A program made the position numbers and the translations under genes. 64,000 nucleotides of DNA. Origin: Bdellovibrionales bacterium (GTDB lineage: Bacteria; Bdellovibrionota; Bdellovibrionia; Bdellovibrionales; UBA1609). The notes below the pieces were generated by a model. That model saw only the letters and a program-made list of their open reading frames with translations. It did no database searches and was not told where the DNA came from. Location of the stretch: NCBI GenBank assembly GCA_027459485.1, contig DAIDIG010000002.1, positions 159,597-223,596 on the forward strand, written 5' to 3'. Positions 17,771-27,248 of the stretch are shown here, one piece after another. The first letter of the stretch is position 1. Every line of letters starts with the position of its first letter.

Positions 17771-19234
17771 ATGAGCCACTCCTTTCGACAAGCCCTACAA
17801 GACACTTTTCACCTTGAGCAGTTTCGCCCACTCCAGCATGAGGTCATCGAGCATTTTTTTGCGGGTGGGTCGGCATTGGTGATCATGCCCACGGGGAGTG
17901 GTAAAAGTCTGACTTATCAGCTGCCGGCCGTAAGCTTGCCTGGGACGACGCTTGTCGTTTCGCCGCTCAAAGCATTGATGAAAGATCAGGTGGATAAGTT
18001 GCGGGCCTTGGGCGTGCGGGCTAGCCTCATCAATTCGGATGTCTCGCGCACCGAGCGTGAAAAGCGCCAAGAGAAGTTAAAACGCGGAGACCTTCAAATT
18101 TTGTACGTGACGCCTGAGCGATTTCAAAAGCAAGAGTTTCTCGATGCGGTCGATAGCGCGAAGATTTCACGACTGGTCCTGGATGAAGCCCATTGTATTT
18201 CGCAATGGGGCCATGACTTTCGGCCGGAGTACGGAAAAGTCGGACTTCTACGAGAGCGATTAAAAAATCCGCCGACGCTCGCCCTCACTGCAACTGCGAC
18301 GGCGGAAGTGAAAAACGACATTCGCGAAAAACTTCGCTTCGACGCGAACGCGCCGACTTTTTCATTGCCGATCGCGCGCCCGAACCTTGCGATTGAGGTC
18401 GAAGACATTGTCAGCCTCGAAGAGAAAGCCGAAACAGCTATCGAACGTTTGCATGGGCATGACGGCGTGGGTTCGGCGATTATTTACTTTGCGCTCATCA
18501 CGACGCTCCACAAATTTTCGGATGTACTTAGAAAGAAGAAGATTCGCCATGTCGTGTACCACGGCGATTTGCCCGAAAAGATGAAGCGCTCGTCGCAAGA
18601 AGATTTTTTAGCGGGGCGGGAGCCGATCATATTGGCAACGCCGGCGTTCGGGCTCGGCGTCGATAAACCGGATGTGCGGGCGGTGATTCATGCCGAGGTG
18701 CCAGGCTCGATTGAAGCCTATTTTCAAGAAATCGGGCGGGCCGGTCGCGACGGCTTACCCGCTCGGTGCGTGTTGCTGTACGATCAAGACGACGTCACAA
18801 CGCAAATGGAGTTTATCGAATGGGCCAATCCTGACGGGGAATATATTCGTAAAGTGATGTCGCTTATTGCGGGCCACTCCGCACGGTTTAGACAAGAAGG
18901 TGCGGATTTCTTACGTGAACAAATGAGCTATTTCAATAAGCGCGATTATCGGGTTGAAACGGCACTGAACCTTTTGCGTTCGTGGGGGATTCTTGAGGAG
19001 ACTGCGGATCGCGCCGAGATCACCGGCGAACTTACCAATGCTCTATGGAATGAAGAATTGCGCACGACGCGAAAGCGCCACCAGCAAGAAAAGCTGCTGA
19101 AACTAATTCGATGGATCAATTCTCGGGCGTGCCGTCAGCAAGGCATCTACCAGTATTTCAGCGAGGTCGAGACGACACCTTGCGGGATTTGCGACAATTG
19201 CCGGGCGGCTCAGCCGCCGCGGGTGAATCGATGA
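17771..19234 (+). CDS. recQ: RecQ-family ATP-dependent DNA helicase (short form, no HRDC)
   Basis: MPTGSGKS, VSPL.ALM.DQV, DEAHCISQWGHDFRP, QEIGRAGRDG, C...CGICDNC. Confidence 0.93.
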   Translation: MSHSFRQALQDTFHLEQFRPLQHEVIEHFFAGGSALVIMPTGSGKSLTYQLPAVSLPGTTLVVSPLKALMKDQVDKLRALGVRASLINSDVSRTEREKRQEKLKRGDLQILYVTPERFQKQEFLDAVDSAKISRLVLDEAHCISQWGHDFRPEYGKVGLLRERLKNPPTLALTATATAEVKNDIREKLRFDANAPTFSLPIARPNLAIEVEDIVSLEEKAETAIERLHGHDGVGSAIIYFALITTLHKFSDVLRKKKIRHVVYHGDLPEKMKRSSQEDFLAGREPIILATPAFGLGVDKPDVRAVIHAEVPGSIEAYFQEIGRAGRDGLPARCVLLYDQDDVTTQMEFIEWANPDGEYIRKVMSLIAGHSARFRQEGADFLREQMSYFNKRDYRVETALNLLRSWGILEETADRAEITGELTNALWNEELRTTRKRHQQEKLLKLIRWINSRACRQQGIYQYFSEVETTPCGICDNCRAAQPPRVNR

Positions 19235-19926
19235 GCCCGCACGATTCGTTTACTCAGCCGTTGTATGCGAAAAGGCGCAAGCGTTTTCCGGACCCAGCTG
19301 CAGCCACAATGGATGGCATCGTTGCCATGGGCGATGATCTCACAGCTGATACTCTGTTCGAGGCCTATAGTTTTGGAATCTTCCCTTGGCCGCATCCCGA
19401 TCTGCCTTGTCTCTGGTTTTGCCCAGATGAACGCGGAGTTCTCGAGTTTAAAGATCTGCACATCAATCGATCTCTCGCTAAATTTTTACGTAAATGCGAT
19501 TACGAAATCACGTTCAATCGCGCTTTCGGTGATGTCATGCGCGAATGCGCGAACGTGGCAAGGCCGGGGCAAAGCGGGACTTGGATTACGCCTGATATTA
19601 TTCAAACATATCAAGAATTTCACAAGCGTGGATATGCGCATAGTGTAGAGTGCTGGTCGGGTGGGGACTTGATCGGCGGCCTTTATGGCGTTTATGTTGC
19701 TGGTGTCTTCAGCGGTGAAAGCATGTTTTTTAAAAAGAGCAATGCTTCGAAACTTTGCCTCATTCGTTTGGCGGAACAACTTCAAAAAAGCGGCCTGACG
19801 TGGATGGACATACAAATGGTGACCTCAGTCACATCACAGTTGGGCGGCCGTTACATTTCAAAATCAGATTTTCTTGACCGTTTGAAAGCGGCAAAGCGAA
19901 CGGCGAAAAGGCTTCACTTACCTTGA
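19231..19926 (+). CDS. aat: Leucyl/phenylalanyl-tRNA--protein transferase
   Basis: AYSFGIFPW, WFCPDERG, TWI, AHSVECW, GGLYGV, FSGESMF, ASK; ATGA overlap with recQ. Confidence 0.95.
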   Translation: MSPHDSFTQPLYAKRRKRFPDPAAATMDGIVAMGDDLTADTLFEAYSFGIFPWPHPDLPCLWFCPDERGVLEFKDLHINRSLAKFLRKCDYEITFNRAFGDVMRECANVARPGQSGTWITPDIIQTYQEFHKRGYAHSVECWSGGDLIGGLYGVYVAGVFSGESMFFKKSNASKLCLIRLAEQLQKSGLTWMDIQMVTSVTSQLGGRYISKSDFLDRLKAAKRTAKRLHLP

Positions 19927-20528
19927 TGGCTATAGAAATCGAGGCTCGGAAAACGCTGACCCCATGGTGAGCCGTTTTTAGGATTGTAACTCGGCGTCGG
20001 TTGGGCGATGTACCACATTAAAAAGACCGTCGCGGCGGTGAGAATGGCACACATGACGAGCCGCCAGGCATATTCTTGTAAAAACGATAAGTAGCGAAAG
20101 AATTTCTGTCGCCGATGGGTTTTAAATACTTCTTTGAATTTGTGGTCGAGCGCTTGGCGAATCGCAACAGTGTGCCCCGCCGGTAAATTTTGAAATTGAA
20201 CGGCGACGAGGACGGGGTTCTCCGCTACGAAGTTTTCACGCTTCACATACCACTTCTTGATTGTGTATTCTTCGACCCGCACCACGCGCGCCCACCAGGC
20301 GACACTTTGACCGTCTTTAAGGGGGACCTCGACTTTGATCAAGTCCGATAAGTGCGGGGCTTGATCGCGATCGATCACGAAAGCCAGGCCGGTTGCCGAA
20401 ATATCGATGAAAATAGTCGTATGCGTGCGGCCATGCTCGTCTTCACGAGCAAAGCGAATGTACCGGTTGTCGGTCGATTGCAATGTATAGCGTGGCTCGC
20501 GGGCCACGAATTTTCGCGCTTCGGACAT
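19914..20528 (-). CDS. PilZ-domain protein with C-terminal TM helix
   Basis: REPR plus DISATG (RxxxR-like and DxSxxG motifs), ARVVR; hydrophobic C-terminal segment. Confidence 0.8.
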   Translation of the reverse strand: MSEARKFVAREPRYTLQSTDNRYIRFAREDEHGRTHTTIFIDISATGLAFVIDRDQAPHLSDLIKVEVPLKDGQSVAWWARVVRVEEYTIKKWYVKRENFVAENPVLVAVQFQNLPAGHTVAIRQALDHKFKEVFKTHRRQKFFRYLSFLQEYAWRLVMCAILTAATVFLMWYIAQPTPSYNPKNGSPWGQRFPSLDFYSHQGK

Positions 20529-20543
20529 AGAACCTCGTTGACC

Positions 20544-20571
20544 GGTTCGGCGTTTTCCGAACAATTCTTGA
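20544..20571 (-). promoter_or_regulatory. Sigma28 (FliA)-type promoter of the PilZ gene
   Basis: TCAAG-N15-GCCGAACC ending 15 nt before the ATG. Confidence 0.55.
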
Positions 20572-20628
20572 CTAGTCAGGATTGCCGCTGATCTGCATAG
20601 TGGATATTTAAGATTAGGTCCGACAACG

Positions 20629-21306
20629 ATGAAGAAACACAACTTTCGTCTGGTACTATACGCCGGCGGTCAGAGCGTCGAGAATAAGCGCATTCACTCC
20701 GCTCTTTCTAAGATTCTCGGTCGAAAAGCGCGCTCTTTAACCTACGTACCGTCGTCGCATGAAAACGGCGAATATTATTTTCGGCGAATTCGCAAACGCT
20801 ACGCTCAATTCGGATTTAAAAAATTTCGTTACTTCGCCGTCGACAGTGATTTTCTGATGCGCGAGATGCGCGAAGCCCTGAAGAGCGACGTTGTTTACCT
20901 CGCCGGTGGCAACACGTTTTATTTTTTGAAGCATCTGCGCGAGAGCGGGATGTTAGAGCGTCTCGACCGTTACGCAAAGGGCGGGGGAGTGATCGCGGGC
21001 CTCAGTGCTGGCGCTATCATTATGACGCCGACAATAGAGCTCGCAGCTTATCCGCCGCCGGACGCCGATTTGAATGAGGTCAAACTTAAAAACTGGCGTG
21101 GTCTGGGGCTTGTTGATTTTGAATTTTTGCCTCACTTTAGCAATTCGAAGCAGGCCACAGAGGCGCTGGTTCGTTACTCCCGCCGCAGGCTTCGAATGAT
21201 TATTGCCGCGCCCGATGGTAGTGGCGTCGTAATCAATCGCAGTGAAATTCATATATACGGCCCGGTTTATATTTTTTACCGGGGGCAGAAGATTCGTCTC
21301 GGGTAA
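20629..21306 (+). CDS. pepE: Peptidase E (S51) family protein
   Basis: YLAGGNT, GLSAGA nucleophile, GLGLV, FLPHF. Confidence 0.88.
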   Translation: MKKHNFRLVLYAGGQSVENKRIHSALSKILGRKARSLTYVPSSHENGEYYFRRIRKRYAQFGFKKFRYFAVDSDFLMREMREALKSDVVYLAGGNTFYFLKHLRESGMLERLDRYAKGGGVIAGLSAGAIIMTPTIELAAYPPPDADLNEVKLKNWRGLGLVDFEFLPHFSNSKQATEALVRYSRRRLRMIIAAPDGSGVVINRSEIHIYGPVYIFYRGQKIRLG

Positions 21307-21321
21307 ACTTGCGTTCTACTG

Positions 21322-22350
21322 TTGAACCGTTTACGGTACCCATACTCAAGGGGTAAGGGTCTGGGGCGTTCGAGGTTTATCTTTTTACTGCTAACTGTAC
21401 TGGCTGCCGTTCATATACCGGTGGCATCTCGGGCCGACCAAACGTGCTCGCGTTTTCTGACGCCGTCTATAAATTCAGGCATTACCCCGAACGATGTACC
21501 TCTCAAAGATACTCCGACAGGTCGCAAGGTTTATAAGCAATTGCGGCAAGCTTTGCTTGTCAATCCGACTACATTTGCGGCTTTTGTATCTGCTCAAAAC
21601 GACCGGACGACAGTTCGTGATGTTGTTGAGTTCATGCTGAAAGATCGAAAGCGTATTTATGATTTACTCAGCAAAATTTTGACCGAATTGCCTGAGAACG
21701 ATCGACTTTATAACATGGTGGCGCGCATTCAAAAAATTATGCATTCTGGAGTTTCGGGCCCACTTTATCTGAAAATGAAGCAAATTTCTCAAAGGTACGG
21801 CCAGGCCGATTGGCAACCGTCTTTTAAAGTCGATCTGCTGGGCTCCTTCTACATGAACAGCTATACGTATCTATCTGAATTAATCACGGCTCTCGAGCTG
21901 CGCGGACTTCTTTATGCCAACGTGCACTTTTATCAGATGTTACCGAGCAATAACCGAGAAAAGTTAGAAGCCTATTTCAATACAAATTACTCTCGAGATT
22001 TACTAAAATACGAGCTGGATGCCGTCACCGTAGATACTAAACGGCGTGAAATGACGTGGTTTGAGGTCAAGCATTATAGCCATAGAGTCGAGGCTGGCCG
22101 CACAATTTCAGATCTGGGCAAGCGCATTTACAACCTTCGGCGGTTAATAAGCGCCATAGAAACCAACCCCGAGCTCCGTGCGTTGTTCCCGTACAAATTT
22201 AAGATTCGATATGTTATTTGGGGAGCCGGCATAAGTCCGGACGAGTGCGCGCGTATTAAAGAACAATATGGCGTGACGGTTGAAGATCGGAGCGTTCAAA
22301 ATTTCAACCATCAATTTGGAATTACTAATCGTAGTGCCTCCGGGTTTTGA
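21322..22350 (+). CDS. Secreted protein with C-terminal PD-(D/E)xK nuclease-like motif
   Basis: Hydrophobic signal FIFLLLTVLAAV...ASRA; SE...YELDAV...WFEVK; start codon uncertain. Confidence 0.6.
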   Translation: MNRLRYPYSRGKGLGRSRFIFLLLTVLAAVHIPVASRADQTCSRFLTPSINSGITPNDVPLKDTPTGRKVYKQLRQALLVNPTTFAAFVSAQNDRTTVRDVVEFMLKDRKRIYDLLSKILTELPENDRLYNMVARIQKIMHSGVSGPLYLKMKQISQRYGQADWQPSFKVDLLGSFYMNSYTYLSELITALELRGLLYANVHFYQMLPSNNREKLEAYFNTNYSRDLLKYELDAVTVDTKRREMTWFEVKHYSHRVEAGRTISDLGKRIYNLRRLISAIETNPELRALFPYKFKIRYVIWGAGISPDECARIKEQYGVTVEDRSVQNFNHQFGITNRSASGF

Positions 22351-23515
22351 ATCCCTCGCCGCGGCTGAATTGGATGAAAAGTTCCCTGAACTCGTGTCTG
22401 ACGAAAGCTACCGGCGCGGCGAATTTGTTCGCGGCGGGTTGAATCTATCGGTGCCCATCGAAATTGTTCCCGACTTGCATTTTAAACTGAAATTGCCTAC
22501 CTCAATACGCGAGCGGCTTTATGAATTCAAGTGTCGCGACTTTCCGAAACTGTTCAACAAGATACAGTCGCTACCTTGGCGCCGGCATTTGATTGGCGAC
22601 GCTTTTGAGCTTTCTGTCAGCGCCGAAACTTCACGGCTCGGCAACGAAAAGCGAATCGCCGAAACCGTGACAGATGGAATTCGCCGGTATTTTTCAAAAC
22701 AGCCGGCAAAAAAACCGGCTGTACCGTATACCCATAGGATTTATGTACGTTTGTCGCAGGATATCTGCACGATTTCACGCGATCTATCAGGTGATCCGCT
22801 TTTTCAACGCGGTTATAAAGAGCTTTCGGCGATCGCCCCCATGCGTGAAAATTTAGCGGCGGGTTTGTTTTACGGGTTGTGGCGCGAAAGCGGAGGGTTT
22901 GATTGTCTGGTTGATCCGATGTGCGGTAGCGGCACATTTCTTTTCGAATCTTGGCTTTTTTGGCGCGATGTTCGGTTCATTGAGCGTGATTTTGCGTTCT
23001 TCCATGATGAAAGGTGGGGCGTGAGCCGTGGGCACTCTACCCAACAAAACAACGTGGCCGGCGACACTCTACCAAAGCCGACTCATTTTTTTGGTTTTGA
23101 TCGCGACAGTCGAGCGCTCAAATCGGTTGAATCGACTGTGGCCGGCTTGATCAAAAAGAGACATCTCGAAGCCGACGAATCGCCGTGGTCATTTACGGTT
23201 AGTGACGTTTTGACTGCCGATTTTTCAAAACAGTTCGCCGACCTTCGAATTGACCCAGCTCGGTCGATGGCTGTGATTGCAAATCCACCCTACGGCGAAC
23301 GAATAGCGCTTCCGATGCCCCCTCAGAGTTATTATCCGCTGTTGCTTGAGCGACTCACACAGGCTGCCGGCCCAAATGTCAAAGCCTTGGGAGTTGTAAT
23401 ACCAAGCTCCTATCATCGACATGTGCACAATAAATCTGGCAGTTTCAATCTAGCTCGAACCATCGATTTTAAAAACGGCGGGTTGGACGTACAGTTTCAA
23501 ATTTTCAAACGGTGA
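22316..23515 (+). CDS. THUMP-domain rRNA methyltransferase (RlmL/YpsC-like)
   Basis: SGDPLFQRGY, APMRENLAAG, DPMCGSGT, NPPYGER; start at TTG 22316 or 22280. Confidence 0.9.
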   Translation: MELLIVVPPGFESLAAAELDEKFPELVSDESYRRGEFVRGGLNLSVPIEIVPDLHFKLKLPTSIRERLYEFKCRDFPKLFNKIQSLPWRRHLIGDAFELSVSAETSRLGNEKRIAETVTDGIRRYFSKQPAKKPAVPYTHRIYVRLSQDICTISRDLSGDPLFQRGYKELSAIAPMRENLAAGLFYGLWRESGGFDCLVDPMCGSGTFLFESWLFWRDVRFIERDFAFFHDERWGVSRGHSTQQNNVAGDTLPKPTHFFGFDRDSRALKSVESTVAGLIKKRHLEADESPWSFTVSDVLTADFSKQFADLRIDPARSMAVIANPPYGERIALPMPPQSYYPLLLERLTQAAGPNVKALGVVIPSSYHRHVHNKSGSFNLARTIDFKNGGLDVQFQIFKR

Positions 23516-24434
23516 TGCCGGTTTGAAACCGCGATATGAATGAGCAGCGTTCGCAGAGTTCTTCGTGGAGCTGCCCGCGATCAAATCCGTCGCGTAGGCG
23601 GCGCGCACGATCGTTTGCTAATATTTTGGCGAGTTCACCAGACGGCGAATCAGCCTGAAGACGACCGAGCGGGATGCCGGCCTCCTTGTCGAGGCAGCAG
23701 GGCACAATAGTACCGTCTGATAAAATCGAAAAGTGAGTTTTGAGCGCGTGGCATTTGCCTTCGGTCTGTATCCGCGCCCGTTCAAGGTTGGGCCATTCGA
23801 AGCGCGAGTCGAAATGGACGTAAAGTCGCCCCTGTACGCGATAAGATTTTCGCTTTCGCACATCCACTGGCGACGCCAGTTCAAATCCGAATTCTTCGCG
23901 AATCGGTTTTAGAAACTGCTCGTTGTGTTCGATCGAAGCTTCATCCGAACCGATATTCCAAATTCGAAAATTTATATACAGATCGGGGCGGCGGTCGAGC
24001 GCTATTCGGGTAAAACGAAAAATCCGCTGAAGATAACTGTCGAAGCCGGCGTTTCGCTTTTCAAGGCTTTGCCGAATGTTGGCCGGAAAGCTCTGTAGCG
24101 AAAAATTAATTTGACGAAAAATCGGGTGAAGTAAAATATCGGCGCGAGATCGGCCGCCGTTAGTACCGTGGTCGAGAAGGGTGCCATTTGTCGTAAGCTG
24201 AACGGGCACGCTTTTTTTGGCGCACATTTCGACAAAAGTTTCGAATTCGGGGTGGGCCAGCGGCTCGCCCATCACGTGAAACGTCACTTCGTCGACGAGG
24301 CCTTTGGACTCTTCAATGGCGCGCTGGAAGAGCGCCGGCGTCATTCGCTGAGCCGGTCGCTCCACTTCGGGGCAGAAATCACACTGCAAATTGCAAACAT
24401 TCGAAATCTCGATGTAGGCGCGTTGAAAGTGCAT
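23505..24434 (-). CDS. Radical SAM/SPASM domain protein
   Basis: CNLQCDFC, GEPL, TTNG; C-terminal C...DG.IVPCCLD...CERC. Confidence 0.92.
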   Translation of the reverse strand: MHFQRAYIEISNVCNLQCDFCPEVERPAQRMTPALFQRAIEESKGLVDEVTFHVMGEPLAHPEFETFVEMCAKKSVPVQLTTNGTLLDHGTNGGRSRADILLHPIFRQINFSLQSFPANIRQSLEKRNAGFDSYLQRIFRFTRIALDRRPDLYINFRIWNIGSDEASIEHNEQFLKPIREEFGFELASPVDVRKRKSYRVQGRLYVHFDSRFEWPNLERARIQTEGKCHALKTHFSILSDGTIVPCCLDKEAGIPLGRLQADSPSGELAKILANDRARRLRDGFDRGQLHEELCERCSFISRFQTGITV

Positions 24435-24451
24435 TTGCGCTTGTCATACCA

Positions 24452-26017
24452 TCACCATTCGCTCGTCGGTACCGGTTTCGGCGCGCGAAGGAGTGCGGCT
24501 TGTTCGTCCTGGCTCAGCATGCTCCGCCGGACGACGACACCGAACACGTTTTGATGTAGCCATTCGCGATACATGTGCAGCATGCCGCCATCGCCCACTT
24601 TTTCTCCCCACGAATTTTCGACCAAATATTTAATCGGCGGGGCCTTCGGGTCCGGGCGGTCGTAGCCGCGTATGGACATGGCATGGTTGGCTGAAATAAG
24701 ACGGTAGAAATCCAAGATCGCGCGAGCGGGGTAGAGCGAACGCGAACCGGAAAAACCATAAACCGGGTCGTTGTTATAGAGCTTCGGATGCAGAATGCCC
24801 GAGTATGGTTTAACCGGCGAGGCTGGCGAAAAATCAGCGCTGTTCAAAACATCCGCCTCGAAGTAGAGGGCCTGGCCGGCGTCGATTGACTTCATAATGA
24901 GCTGTTCGATGCGGTCCATTGGCAAATTTAGACCCGTATATGAAAATTCCGGATTCGGTTGCTTTTCAATGGCCATTGCCGATCCGCTGACTTCGTACCG
25001 CTGACCATAGGGAAAGCGTGGATTATAAAACAGCGTGACGTACTCAGAAGGATCATATTTCACGAATTCATGAGCGAACGACTGCGGCGTGAACTCCAGA
25101 ACCTGCGTGTCGGTCACGACGAGAGGCGAACCCTTCTGCGCCTGGCGGGGCCTGGCTTGCATGCGAAATGAAAATTCGGCCGGCGGCACTCCCAAATTGG
25201 CGACTAAAATTGCCATTACGTCTTGAAGCGCTGATTCGCGAATCGAGCGAAGCGCGCGATCTATCTGAGCGTCAGAGCCGGCGCCCTGCACCACCTGCCT
25301 CATTTGCTCGGTCGCAAGCATTAGCTTTTTCTGCAAGTCAGCGTTGAGGATGCCAGAATTAAACGAGCCCGAAGCTTCTCGCATGGCCGACTTCGGAACC
25401 AGGCCGTACTTCTGAACGAGAAAGTTAAACCACTGGTGGGTGCCGCCGTCGCCTGCGACCCATTGGGTGCCGTTGTTGATGGCATTGAGGAGCTTGCCGC
25501 GATCGTTTCCGAACTTCCTTACCGCCTGTTGAGTCAAAGTCAGCGCCGTGTTGGCTTTTTCAAGCATAGCGAAGAAATAAAGGTAATTTTCAGAAAATTC
25601 GAAACTTCTGTCGACCAGTCCTTCGACTAACAATTTCGATCGAAGCATGTTGAGGCTTGCGAAGAGCCAACAGCGACCAGACTGATATTGATTCGTGACT
25701 TTTGGGATTGCGATGATGTTGGTGTAATTTTCGTTATGGTTTTGAATAATTTCACGATTCAACGTCAATGATGATAGGCCTTGGGTTTGCGCCGCCTGAA
25801 GGATTAACTTTTGCTCCGGCGTCGGTTCAGTTTTCATTTTTGCGAGCTGTTGATCGATCCACCGAACATTGATTTCACTAGAACCTTTCACAAAGGTCGA
25901 ATTGTTTAGGATGTCCGAACACTTTTCGCCTTCGGCACGTGCGATCGGTGATAAGGTCAAAATTGTTGCTGCAAGTATAACCGAAAAAAAGACGGCTCGC
26001 GCCGTTGATCGATACAT
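24452..26017 (-). CDS. Secreted C1B cysteine aminopeptidase (PepC/bleomycin hydrolase family)
   Basis: NQYQSGRCW, ANHAM, VENSWG catalytic triad; signal peptide ending ARA; SD GAGGGGG. Confidence 0.9.
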   Translation of the reverse strand: MYRSTARAVFFSVILAATILTLSPIARAEGEKCSDILNNSTFVKGSSEINVRWIDQQLAKMKTEPTPEQKLILQAAQTQGLSSLTLNREIIQNHNENYTNIIAIPKVTNQYQSGRCWLFASLNMLRSKLLVEGLVDRSFEFSENYLYFFAMLEKANTALTLTQQAVRKFGNDRGKLLNAINNGTQWVAGDGGTHQWFNFLVQKYGLVPKSAMREASGSFNSGILNADLQKKLMLATEQMRQVVQGAGSDAQIDRALRSIRESALQDVMAILVANLGVPPAEFSFRMQARPRQAQKGSPLVVTDTQVLEFTPQSFAHEFVKYDPSEYVTLFYNPRFPYGQRYEVSGSAMAIEKQPNPEFSYTGLNLPMDRIEQLIMKSIDAGQALYFEADVLNSADFSPASPVKPYSGILHPKLYNNDPVYGFSGSRSLYPARAILDFYRLISANHAMSIRGYDRPDPKAPPIKYLVENSWGEKVGDGGMLHMYREWLHQNVFGVVVRRSMLSQDEQAALLRAPKPVPTSEW

Positions 26018-26153
26018 GAGTCCCCCCTCAATTTTTATTTCCCCGCCGCTACAATTCACCCGGCATCGCCTGGGGGTCAATACATAAACTTTTCCAAACT
26101 TTTTCTGATGAGTTTTGGATTTTCTACATTGGCTGGCTAGGGTTCGCCCTGAA

Positions 26154-27248
26154 TCAAATTTTCTGACGTTGTGAAGAATCGAGCGCGACGGCGACGATGA
26201 TGATCACACCTTTGAGTACCATTTGATAAAAGCTCGAAATGCCTAGGAGGTCCATGCCGTTATTGAGTGCCGCCATGATTAATGCGCCGATGAGTGAACC
26301 CGTCACCGTGCCGCTGCCGCCACGCAAACTGGTGCCGCCGATGACAGCCGCCGCAATGGCATCGAGCTCGAACAAATTGCCGGCATTCGGGTCGGCACTG
26401 TTGAGACGCGAGCACAGGAGCACCCCTGCAAGACCGGCGAATGCACCCATGATTGTGTAAACCCAAAATAAAGTGCGCTTGATCCGCACCCCGGCCCAAT
26501 AAGCGGCTCGTTGGTTCGAACCGATCGCATATATACTTCGACCGAAAACAGTGGAGTTCAGCCAAAAACTGCTGAGAGCCGCCACCACAACCAAAAACAC
26601 GACGAAAACCGGCAGCCCGCGGTAACCATAAAAGGCGTATGCGAACGCGGCCAAAAGAAGCGCGGGGAAGATCAGGTTTTGCCATTGTTTGCGATTGACC
26701 CAGATCAAACAAAGAAGAAACAGTAAAACCAGAGCTAGAGACGGCACGCGTGGCAAATATGAATCTGAGAATTTACCGAGCTGGTCGCTCATCGGGGATA
26801 GTGTGGCACCGCCTGAAAGGATCATGGCTCCGCCGCGCGCAATGACCATCATGCCGAGGGTAATAATAAACGGATTGACCCCGAGAAGAGCTGTTAAGAG
26901 GCCCGAGATTGCGCCGCAAGCAAGACCGACAAGAACGGCTACACCGACCGAAAGCCATGCGCCGGTATATCCGAGATCGATGAAGTGCCAGTTGAGTTGC
27001 GCAATGCCGGCTACGATTCCGGTGATTGCGACCAAGCTACCGACGGAAAGGTCAATCCCGCTTGTGATAATCACAAGGGTCATGCCGGCGGCTAGAATTC
27101 CGTTGATAGTTGCCTGTAAAAGCAGGTTTGTGAGATTACGGGCGGAGCCGAACTCGCCATGAGTGAGAATGAGAAAAATAAATGAAAGGCCGAAAAGGCC
27201 GATCCAGGCGCCGTTTTTTTGTGCGAACGTACCCATCTTGGATTTCAT
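26154..27248 (-). CDS. xylH: Sugar ABC transporter permease, XylH-like
   Basis: IDLSVGS, FIITLG, GRSIYAIG.N..AA, FELDAIAAAVIGGTSL.GG.G. Confidence 0.85.
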   Translation of the reverse strand: MKSKMGTFAQKNGAWIGLFGLSFIFLILTHGEFGSARNLTNLLLQATINGILAAGMTLVIITSGIDLSVGSLVAITGIVAGIAQLNWHFIDLGYTGAWLSVGVAVLVGLACGAISGLLTALLGVNPFIITLGMMVIARGGAMILSGGATLSPMSDQLGKFSDSYLPRVPSLALVLLFLLCLIWVNRKQWQNLIFPALLLAAFAYAFYGYRGLPVFVVFLVVVAALSSFWLNSTVFGRSIYAIGSNQRAAYWAGVRIKRTLFWVYTIMGAFAGLAGVLLCSRLNSADPNAGNLFELDAIAAAVIGGTSLRGGSGTVTGSLIGALIMAALNNGMDLLGISSFYQMVLKGVIIIVAVALDSSQRQKI

